NCBI GenBank assembly: GCA_015680685.1 | Contig: MNCI01000986.1 | Location: 668,372-732,371 of the forward strand | Length of the DNA stretch: 64,000 nt | Direction: 5' to 3' | Origin: Gnetum montanum | Taxonomy: Eukaryota > Plantae > Gnetophyta | Shown: positions 41,001 to 51,122 of the stretch, in pieces | Numbering within the stretch: position 1 is the first letter of the stretch | How the letters are laid out: each line of letters starts with the position of its first letter | The notes under the pieces: model-generated | What the model was told of the DNA's origin: nothing | Database searches by the model: none | The model's input: only the letters and a program-made list of their open reading frames with translations | Translations under genes and position numbers: made by a program

Positions 41001-44000
41001 GATAGTGCTTTTTTAAGCCCAAAGCTAGTTTAGTTACTTCCAGATGAATAAGAGTTATCTTTCTCGTTCTCGATTGGCTAAGAAGAATTGAATCATTGCT
41101 CAAGCCTTAATTAAGGCTTTCCTTCCTAGATGGAGAGAATCTGCAAGTTGGAATAAGAGCATTAGGGAGGGGCCTATCTATAGTTTTCGACTCTGAACTA
41201 ATGGTTTTATGTGAAGAAGAGGTGGTAACTATTATAAAGAATTAGATCCCATTATAGTTATGAAAGCAAGTGCCATCCAAGAGTCTTCTTCATCTTCTAC
41301 TGGAACTTCTCTAAAGGTAGTGAAGTGAGTTGAGGAGAGGAAGCATCCTGTTCACCAATCTGATCTTGTTTCAGAAGTTGGTAGAGAATAGAGAATAGAA
41401 TAGGCTGTGATGCAGGAGATATTTTCACTCTTGAGAGATCCTTTGAATACGACCAAGGGGATAGAAGCCCATGGAGCGGTAGGTTAAGCCAAAAAGGGAG
41501 AGAGGTGAGTTAGATCGGATACCATTGATTTTGTTGGAGGAAGATTCACAAGATAGAGAATTGCTTTTGTTGAAGAAGCTTAAAGAAAATAAGCTCTTGC
41601 TCACAAATCACTTTCATATGCAAATGAATATGCTGTTTAGCTTGGGACTAGGGCTTAAAAGCACCTTCTCTATGGTAGCATGGTCTTCTCTTAGGGTTTC
41701 TCTTGGTAGAAGGAAGAAGGGCTACTAGAAGCCTAGAAGGAAAAGAAGTCTAGACTGGGAAACGAAGTGACTTACGGGATTCAATTAAGTGAGGGAAGAA
41801 ACCCTGGGAAAAGAAGAAAGAAATGCTCTCTAGCCAGGATATCAAGATTCACATGCGAAGAAGCAAAAGGCTTCCTTATAAGCTAAGGTTCCTGGTATAA
41901 GCAATAAAGTAGAGCTAGGCAAGGTCTTCTATGAGTGAACAAGATGAGGATCGAGGCAGTTACCCTAGGGTAGGTTCTTTCTTCGTGAGTATGTCTATTG
42001 ATGGCATTGTGTCCTATCTGCTCAAGGAAACCAACTCAATGTGTTATGCATCAGCAACATTTGCTACATACTCTGCATCTGTTGTCAAAATTGCTACTAT
42101 ACTATAAGAGAGGAGTTAAAGTCTGCTTAGTATTCTCGGACCCAGGGGTGATTCAATTTACTTCTTCAGCTACTAAGAAGAATAGCTTTTCTTCCTAAAT
42201 CAAGATTCCTATAATAAGTAAGAAAATAAGGCTTAGGATAGTGATGAGGATTAGTGGGCAATTGCCTTATTAAAGGAGGAGATGTGAGCCTATTTCTCCA
42301 AATTAGATCCATTCCACTTTGAACTCAAAGTCTTAAGAAAACTGGCATCTACCTTGCCTTTCTCTATAGTCAGAATAGATAGATTCAAGGGGCAAAGGAA
42401 AGATAGTTCTTTGAGTGACAGAGATTTCGATTCAACTTCTCCCATGGGGAAATCAAGCCTTTATAGTGAAGCTAGCCTATTAAGAGTTGTGTAGGAGCTC
42501 TATGCTATTTATGGAATAGCAATCAATGTTGCTTGATTGACTGCTTGAAAGTTTGAACCAAGTCTTAGATTCAGAAGAGAAGCTATTCTTGAAAGAGAAG
42601 TAGGAGGATATCGGGAAAGATCCCACATCTGGTTAACTGCTTGTTAACTGCTTTAGGAGTGCTGGTGCCAGGCTAGAGAAAAGACAGGCTATTACTGAAG
42701 ATGTGAAAAAGAATTGCTAGCAAAAGTTTTCTTTTTTTAGTTTAGTCACTGATAAAGAAAGTAGCTAGGCTTCCTGGTGGTATGAAAGAAATAGATCTTA
42801 GTGCCTTATATGACCTAGAAGGAGGATTGCTTCTCTCACCCGTAGGTGCAAGGAGCGTAGCCCAAGATTCTTTTGAGACAAATGAATTCAGAAGGTGATA
42901 GGGCTTCCAGCACCAAGAAAGAGAAAATGGGCCAAATCACCTGCTAGAGAAGAAGCTCTTAGGGAATCGATCTAGACTAGATGAGATGTCGATGCCATTA
43001 AACTAGCTACTAGAACAAGTTCAAGAGATGAGGATCCAGGTAGTGAAGTCACCCTCCGGGGAAGAATCATTCCATTCACTTGTTCAACTGCTAAGAAGAA
43101 TAGCTTTTCTCTTGCTTGACTTTTGAATGTGGCACAAAAAGAAGAATAGGCAAAGAAACCAGCGGAGAAGCTTCATGGCCTTGAACTTTCTTTCCCGGAA
43201 GGGCAATTTTCTTTCTAGAAGTAGGAGTTTTGCTGGATTTTGAGGCAGACCCTTTGGAGGTGATAGCCTTGGGATTGATGGGAATATTCTTTTTCAAGCT
43301 TTACGATTTGAGTTGTTGTAGTAGGCACTGTAGCTTTGGATGAACCAACTTTAGAGGTTGATCCTGATGAAGTAATTGATCCAGTGCTAGCAACCGAAAC
43401 TTCATGGGAGCTTTCTTAACAGCCAGTGGAGTAACAACAGGGTTCACCAAAGATTGATTCTTGGTAAATGAATAGTTGGGATTCATAGGAGGTAGGTGGA
43501 AAAGGAAGCAAAACCTTTGTTTGAGAGAGAGCTCGAAAGGAAAAGAGGCAAGCTACGAATGAGAAAGAATAGGAGAGCTCACCGATCAAAAAGAGTAAGG
43601 AAGGCAAGATAGCACCAGATAGAAATCCAACAACAAAACTGGAAGGGAAGAGGCTAGCAAATACCATTATCTCAGGATAAGGTTAAGGGTGGGCTTAAGA
43701 TGGTTTACCGAGAACGAATATTCAACAAAGGGGATACAAATCCAAAATATGAGGAGCAGGAACAGACAAAGTGAGTTACCCCATTACATCGGAATTGACT
43801 TTAGGGAGACTCCCCACAACGTAGGCAGTTACTCACTTAGCACGTTTCCGTGAAATGCACACTTAGGAAATGAGTCCCCAACCTGTTCCACCCTCTGTGA
43901 TGGGAGGGGAGATGACCTAACCAAGGGTAACAAGAAGTTCCTGAGTGAGTGACCAAGGGGAACAAGAAGTTCCTGAGTGAGTGACTGCATGTAACAAGCA

Positions 44001-44603
44001 TTGACCTTAGGGAGAATGCTTTGAGCGGGGAACGACAGTAGAGTTACCCCAATAACCAAATACATCAAACAAGAAATGAGGTTACAATAAGCGTTTCCAT
44101 GAAACGTGCACAACGGGAATGAGTGAAGTGAGTTCCTCTATCAAGTTGTTCTCCTAAGGGTTTCCTTGCCTTGTTATTAACAAGTAGAAAAAACCTATAA
44201 AAAAGGTAGTCCCTTGACCTGCCAATGCGAACCCCCAACCGAAAGTGCTAGGCATGTTCAGGGTGTAGCCCAATGTACTTCTATCTAGACACAAAGAGCA
44301 AGATAGACACAAAAAGCAAGCCTCCCTCTCATATGTTGAAATTGCAGGTATGAAATCTATCCAATCCTTGAAATCGTTCCTGGTTTAATGATGCAAGCTT
44401 TAATAAACAAACTCTTCATAACGCACATCTAAATATTTATTATCCACACCTAGCTTTGATTTGAACTCTTTCAATTTAAGGGCATGAGCATTCCCACCCT
44501 CCTAGGATTATTGAAAGACCCACATACCATCCTAGCATAGGCCTCATAAGCTATAAGTGTTATCAAGATCCGTCTCACCCAAGTATCTCTTTCTCTCTTG
44601 CTT
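37276..44603. other. organelle-derived insert, probably mitochondrial (NUMT)
   Basis: Abrupt compositional change inside a repeat monomer. Purine/pyrimidine-tract style of plant mtDNA spacers. Carries an isolated plastid-type trnM-CAU without plastid neighbours (trnV, atpE); CpG-depleted. Confidence 0.65.
38049..38121 (-). tRNA. trnM-CAU: plastid-type tRNA-Met(CAU) copy, probably non-functional
   Basis: ACCTACTTAACTCAGCGGTTAGAGTATTGCTTTCATATGGTGAGAGTCATTGGTTCAAATCCAATAGTAGGTA, a 73-nt cloverleaf with CpG-to-TpG-type changes in the anticodon arm. Confidence 0.9.
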
Positions 44604-44975
44604 ATTGATGTAAAAATGAAAAAAGGGTTGATCAAGTGCAACAACAAAGGAGGATCAACCAAAAACACATCCCTGTTTAACGTGCAATTAAACAAAACAA
44701 AACCTTCGCAGGTAGAATTCACCAAAACCAATCATGGAAAAAAATTTAGATTCACAACAATTAAATGATGAAAGCCACGACAATAGATGTAAAAATGAAA
44801 CAAAGGGTTGATCAAGTGCAACTGCAAAGGAGGATCAACCCAAAACACGTTGCTATTTACCATGCAATTGAACAGGAGAAAACATTTGCAGGTAGAATTC
44901 ACCACAGCCAATTATGGAGAAAAAATTATATCAACAATTAAATGATGAAAGCGATGGTAATTGATGTAAAAGGAG
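44604..44975 (+). repeat. ~179-bp repeat, block 3 (~2 monomers)
   Basis: Same monomer, following the organelle-like insert. Confidence 0.9.
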
Positions 44976-45867
44976 GAACAGAAAAGCAGAACCAGATCGA
45001 TGATCGACTTATTAACGATGTGGTTGGGCAAAGGGAAGAAAACAACATGCACTGAGCATGTACACAATTTGTCCGTCATTTTACATTAGCATAGTTTGTG
45101 AAATCTATCATTATATGAAAATATTGAAGCAAATTCAAAATTTCATGAAATGCACACTTAAGAAACAAGTCCCCAAACATTCCACCCTCTATGATGGTAG
45201 GGGAGATTCCTTGGCCAAGGGGAACAAGAAGTTCCCGAGTGACCCCATGTAACAAGCATTAACCTTAGGAGAATGCTTTGAGCGGGGAACAACACTAGAG
45301 TTACCCCTAGGGGAATGACCCTGGAGTTACCCTAATAACCAAATACATCAAACAAGAAATGAGGCTACAATAAGCATTTCCATGAAATGTGCACAATGAG
45401 AATGAGCGAAGTGAGTTCCCCTATCAAGTCGTTCTCCTAAGGGTTTCCTTGCCTTGTTATTAACAAGTAGAAAAAACCTATAAAAAAGGCAGTCCCTCGA
45501 CCTGCCAATGCGAACCCCCAACCAGAAGTGCTAGGCATGTTTAGGGTGTAGCCCAGTGTACTTCTATCTAGACACAAAGAGCAAGCTAGACACAAAAAGC
45601 AAGCCTCCCTCTCGTATGCTGAAATTGCAAGTATCAAATCTATCCAATCTTTGAAACCGTTCATGGTTTAATGATGTAACCTTTAATAAACAAACTCTTC
45701 ATAACACACATGTAAATATTCATTATCTGCACCTAGCTTTGATTTGAACTCTTTCAATTTAAGGGCATGAGCGTTCCCACCCTCCTGAGAATTATTGAAA
45801 GACCCACATACTGTCCTAGCAAGTGTTACTGAGATCTGTCTCACCCAAGTATCTCTCTCTCTTGCTT

Positions 45868-46420
45868 ATTGATGTAAAAATGAAAAAAGGGTTGATCAAG
45901 CGCAACGACAAAGGAGGATCAACCGAAAACACGTTGTTGTTTAACTTGCAATTGAAGGAGAAAACATTCACAAGTAGAATTCACCATAGCTAATCATGAA
46001 ACAAAAATTAGATCAACAGCAATTAAATGATGAAAGCCACCACAATGGATATAAAAATGAAAAAAGAGTTGATCAAGTAGAACAACAAAGGAGGATCAAC
46101 CAAAAACACATCGCTGTTTAACGAGCAATTAAACAGAACAAAACATTCGCAGGTAGAATTTACCACAGCCAATCATGGAAGAAAAATTAGATTCATAGCA
46201 ATTAAATGATGAAAGCCACGACAATGGATGTAAAAATAAAACAAAGGGTTGATCAAGTGTAATTGCAAAGGAGGATCAACCCAAAACACGTTGCTATTTA
46301 CCATGCAATTGAACAGGAGAAAACATTTGTAGGTAGAATTCACCACAGCAAATTATGGAAAAAAATTTATATCAACAATTAAATGATGAAAGCCACGGTA
46401 ATTGATGTAAAAGGATGTAA
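45868..46420 (+). repeat. ~179-bp repeat, block 4 (~3 monomers)
   Basis: Duplicate of block 3 with one extra monomer. Confidence 0.9.
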
Positions 46421-47329
46421 AAGGAGGAACAAAAAAGCAGAACCAGATCGATGATCGACTTATTAACGATGTGGTTGGGCAAAGGAAAGAAAACAACTTG
46501 CACTGAGCATGCACACAATTTGTCCGTCATTTTGCATTAGCATAGTTTGTGAAATCTATCATTATATGAAAATATTGAAGCAAATTCAAAATTTCATGGG
46601 ATATTCAATTGTAACTGTAATATTTTTTACTTTAACCAACTTTTAAGATGATAAAGATAAAAAATGCTGCAGCCAATATGAAAATATAACGCACGTATTT
46701 TGTTAATATTACCGATTTTAGTGGCTTTTTACACCGATTTTTTCCCATCCAATTTACAAAACTAGCTACAGATTTGCCAATCCTATCCGATTTTTTAACC
46801 TATGATTTCCAAAACATTATGCGATGTTCAATATGCTGCTGCAGAGAGAAGCGCCACGTTAAATTATTGAAAGAGGATTTACCATGTACTAAAAAGTATT
46901 CATCTGCCACCTGCGATGGAGCACATGCTATGCTTTTCAGGGCCATTTGACTTACCAAGCGATATGGCGACAAACTGCCATACAATTTATCCGTGGTCTT
47001 TCTCAATTAATTTCAGTTATATATTGTACTTAACTGACTGCAAAAGGTTCACATAAATGCCACGTGCCAAAAAACAATAACGTAGGCCATGCCTATTTAA
47101 CTGCTATGATCGAAAAACCACATCGGACTGGGCCCTCAGTCCCTCCCTCAGTGAATAATAGGCTTCAAATATGGACCAGTGGCCTCCTGCCTGCCCGTAA
47201 AGTGGCGTACCACGTTATTATCATCCATGAAAGTGCAGGTTCATGCTGTCACACGTCGACATACATATTGCGAGAAGAGTCAGCGGAGGTGATAAATAGC
47301 AGCAGAAGTTGGTGAGCCATCACTGACCA

Positions 47330-48438
47330 TGAGACGACGATTTATGAGCAGCATTTCTGACCAACTTTTTGATATTTATGTTGTCCCAGTCTCCCGCACC
47401 TGCAGTGGTGTCGCTGTTGATGGGGTTTTGGCATTCATGGTGGCTCCATGCAGCCTTGCTGCAGTGGCAGTGCGCACACTATTGCTCTACGCGTTCATTA
47501 CTTTACTACTCAACCAATTCTGATAGCGTACCTCATGGCATAGCCGGCGCACTTGATAGCATTGTGTCATTGTTTTGCTGAACAGTTTCGTTATCCATCT
47601 CACAATTCCGAAGTGAAGTGGCGCAACAGCGAATCTGCGCGAAATTTCTCATGGCTTGCGCTAAATTTCACTACTACTTCCCCGTTATAACAGCGTATAT
47701 GCACGAAGTTTCTCAGGGCTTGCGCTAAATTTCACTGCTTCCTCCGTATTTTGCTAGCAAAGTTAATGATATTTTGGCAACCTTTGTCCTGCATTGTTGC
47801 CTGCTTATGCAAATTTTCAATGAAAAACCATTAAAAATGAGATTGCCCCGTGGCAAACTTCCCGCTTGAAAACGCATCAAACATTTTATTCACAACAAAG
47901 TCCATTATTATCATTATATCCAGTTGAAAAAGATTCAGGTTATAAAGATTTTGAAAGAAGTTCAAAGGCAAAGCAAGGGATTGTAGAAGTAGGGATGGTA
48001 GAAGTAAGGATATGCTGCCCTCCTGCAATTGAACACTGAAAATAGTACCGTGAGAATGATAATAAAGTAACTGTAGTTCAAAATGATAATGTTAATAAAG
48101 TAATTGCAGTGTCAATAGCATTGTGAAGCTCGGAAGAAAATAATTGTAAATTCTTGCATCCGGATTGCAAGAAGTTTCCGCCAAACGTTGTACGTCAGTG
48201 AAAAAAGCACAAATATTCTCATGTGCCTTATACCTTACTATGTATGAGCATCGCAACGCAACGCAACGCGCAACGCAACGCACAACACTACCATGTGCAT
48301 AGGACATGAGCTCAGAATTTGACGGTGGCAATTTGCAGGCGAGATACTTAAATTACATTCATGTGTTTATGCCTCGCAGTAGTGCAGGTATTATATGTTT
48401 GTTTGGAGCTTTCATGGTACCTGGGCGGAGTCATTTAA
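47330..48438 (-). pseudogene. decayed duplicate of the last two CER1 exons
   Basis: NWLSSKVMNA*...WSHHECQNPINS (from 47519) versus CER1 NWLPRRVMSAW...WRYHECEKPINS. MKAP...LHYCE (48373-48438) versus MKVP...LHSCE. The 3' flank is also homologous to 50430-51120. Confidence 0.85.
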
Positions 48439-50203
48439 CCTTCTGCCACGGACAAGTGTACTTCGTCTAGAGTTTCCATTAAATTAAATTCACATCAAAT
48501 TTTGGCACAACTTTGCATTTGAAAAATATTAAAATTGGGTTCTCAGAACCGTATAACTAACATACAACCCTTAATAAAGTTAAGTAGAGCTTTATAACTG
48601 TCAAACCCAATAACCCCTAACTTAAAATTTTCAAATTAAAGGTCTTTTCAAAAATAACGATGTGACAAATAGTTTTAAAAATTTTAAATTCCGGGTGAAT
48701 TGAGAAAGCAACTGTTGAGGCCAACTTTCACCCATGCTGGGCATGGGGCCTTGTGGAACTAATTTAAGATTAAACAATAAAACATAAAAATTCTAAAATA
48801 AAAAAAAATGGATTTTAAAAATAAAATTAAACTTAGGGTTAGGTTTCGATTTCTCCACCAGCCGCTATAAAACAGGTTTTGAGGAGGAGGCTGGAGGAGG
48901 AGGAGGGAAGATTGGCTGCCGCCTGCAGCCTTCTGTTCGCTGCTGTCCCTGCAGCCTGAGATCCGCTGCCGCCTCGCTCTGCACTCCTGCTACCGCCACC
49001 CTCTGTTCTTCCGCCCTCGTCACCATCCGTTCGCCCGTTCGCCGCGTCAGACCCCGCTCCCGCTGACACCACCCGCACTGCCATCTGTCCGCCGCACCGT
49101 CGCTGGTTTCTGCCGTCCGCGTCGTTGTTGGTTTCTGCCGCCCGCGAGGATCTCTTCCGCCATCGCTATTTCTGCTGCTCCTGTTTCTGTCTGCCATAGC
49201 CTGCCGTCACGCCTCCCGCCCGTTTGCCGCCTGCCGCGTCTGTGTGCTGGCTCCCGTGGCCTCGCCCGCGTTGCTGCTGGGCCGCCTGATTCTCCTGTTG
49301 TCCGCCGCCGTTTCTGTTCCGCCGCTGCCGCCCGCAGTGCCTCCTGTTCGTCTGCTGCGCTGTTGACTCTGTCTGCCGCGCTGCTGTTCTTGTTTGCTGC
49401 AGCAATTCGCTGCCACCCACTGCGCTCCCGTGGCCTCGCCCGCGTTGCTGCTGCGCCACCGCGTTTCTGATTCTCCTGCTGCTGCTGCGTCATCACCCTG
49501 CACTGGTTTTCTTCTCTACCCCGACCGCACGCGAAACAGCGACCTGTTACTGTCTCCTCCGCTGCCGCGTTGCGTGTGTTGCTGTTTTTGCTGTGCATCC
49601 CCCGCACTGCTGCACGTGGCCTCTGCGCTCGCCACCACCCTCTGTGCTCCTGTCGCCGACGTTGTGCTGCTTTTGCCGCGTCACTGTTTTCTGCTTACCG
49701 CACCTCGCTTTGCTGTCGCCGCCCCTCTGCCTGGCCTGCTGCCGCATCGCTGCTCCCATTGCCTGCCGCGTCGCTCGCCACTCTGCTTGCATCTGCAACA
49801 GCGAGACATATAAAATTTGAATATTTGAATTATTCATCATTTTGCAAATTGCTTATTTTAAGTTTCCACCATCAAATCTAAGCTTTTATTTGTTTTAAAT
49901 ATTATTATTACAGTTCTGTCACATTGCCCTTTCCAGCTGAGACTATTCCCGGGTTTCCGTGCGCCCTAGGCGATAGTCTCCTAAAACAAGTTTTCACAGG
50001 TGTTCGCGTGTCCAAAATTTACGCATCAACAGCAACAAATTAAGGCAAGGGTCCTGAATACACATTTGTTGTCCCGAAAGCAAGAATTAAAGACAATGTG
50101 GTAAATACATGTTTAATGGATGTACCGTAAGCAAACAAGACGGGTAGCCGGGTCGGGCACCGCCCAAAAATGACTTCGCGTGGGACTAGATCCTCACCCT
50201 AGG
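48439..50203. mobile_element. TTAA-flanked non-autonomous DNA element (piggyBac-like CCT...AGG ends), ~450 bp after removing the nested LTR
   Basis: TTAA at 48435-48438 and 50204-50207. CER1-duplicate exon similarity continues briefly across it. Subterminal imperfect palindromes at 48451-48467 and 50180-50197. Confidence 0.6.
48713..50031 (+). mobile_element. solo LTR with a GC/CpG-rich core
   Basis: TGTTGA...TCAACA termini, perfect 5-bp TSD GCAAC, and both ends shared with 57715-58077. Confidence 0.88.
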
Positions 50204-50429
50204 TTAAGGATGCCCAGAAAACTTCAATGATACTTTGAACATCTATATCGACCACTTTATACTCTGCGATCTCGTTTGACTTTTATTTACCGTTTATAAT
50301 GTCCACCGCTGCGGTGCTATCTATGCCCAGTGCGCAATGCTAGGCAATTAACTTGCAAAAATTAATGTTTTTTACGGTTTATTATGCTTCACCTGCTGCC
50401 GTGCTGTCTATCCAAGTGCGGAATGATTA

Positions 50430-50690
50430 ACCGAGAAAACTTCGCTGTTTAAAAACATGTGCGTGCAGAATTCACCACAGCCAATCATGTAAAAAGATTA
50501 GATCAACAGCAAGTGATGAAAGCCACAGCAAACAATGTAAAGATGAAAAAAATTCATGGAGAGCAACGGCAAAGGAGGTAGAGAAAAAACTTGTCGGGAC
50601 TAAGGAGAACCGGATGGACGAAGACGAAAATTAATGAGGTGGTCAGCAAAGGTGAAAAACACGAATTGCACACAATTTTGCGGTCATTCA
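50430..50690 (+). repeat. single diverged monomer of the 179-bp repeat plus flank, 3' of CER1
   Basis: GAATTCACCACAGCCAATCATG...GATTAGATCAACAGCAA...GATGAAAGCCAC...GCAAAGGAGG, collinear with 46333-46530. Confidence 0.85.
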
Positions 50691-51122
50691 TTCGCACACG
50701 ATGCAGGTTTGCAGACATTTTACGATGTAGAGTGTGCTGCTGCTAAAAAAGGCAACACGTCAAATTGTTGAATGAGAATATACCATGTACTAAACGTGAT
50801 GAAACGATTTCCTTATTCAGAACGCAACAAAAGCAGTACAGTATTCATCTGCGATGTGCGATTTCGTTGTGAAACGCTCATCAGAGTTGGTGGTGCTCAG
50901 TAACAATCTTTAAATATAGGCTAATGGCCTTCAACGTTACTATCATCCATCCATTGCAGTTTCCGTGCTAATGTGCTATCACTCGTCGACATAGATACCT
51001 ACTGTATGCGACTGCAAATATAAACTTGTTGGTTGTAATAACTAGTAACAGTAGTCGGTGGATCATAACTGAACATGATACAACGATTTAGAACCGCCAT
51101 TTCTGACCAACTTTTAATAACT

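Larger units (their letters stand above)
43851..46596 (+). repeat. tandem segmental duplication (43851-45145 and 45146-46596)
   Basis: Both copies run TGAAATGCACACTTA...organelle-like DNA...repeat monomers...GCAAATTCAAAATTTCA. The second copy has one extra monomer. Confidence 0.92.

Noticed and set aside
23425-46420. Functional centromeric satellite
   Set aside because: Only ~5 kb, heterogeneous and next to a gene; monomer length alone is not evidence.
46560-46804. hAT-type MITE (ends ...CCGATTTTTTAACCTATG)
   Set aside because: Only one TIR-like end is visible, with no partner end or TSD.
48839-49881. Overlapping GC-rich ORFs as a host gene
   Set aside because: They lie inside a TSD-flanked solo LTR, and GC-rich low complexity opens frames on both strands.
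49926-50031. Hammerhead ribozyme (retrozyme) in the LTR hairpin
   Set aside because: No CUGANGA/GAAA core in the right arrangement.
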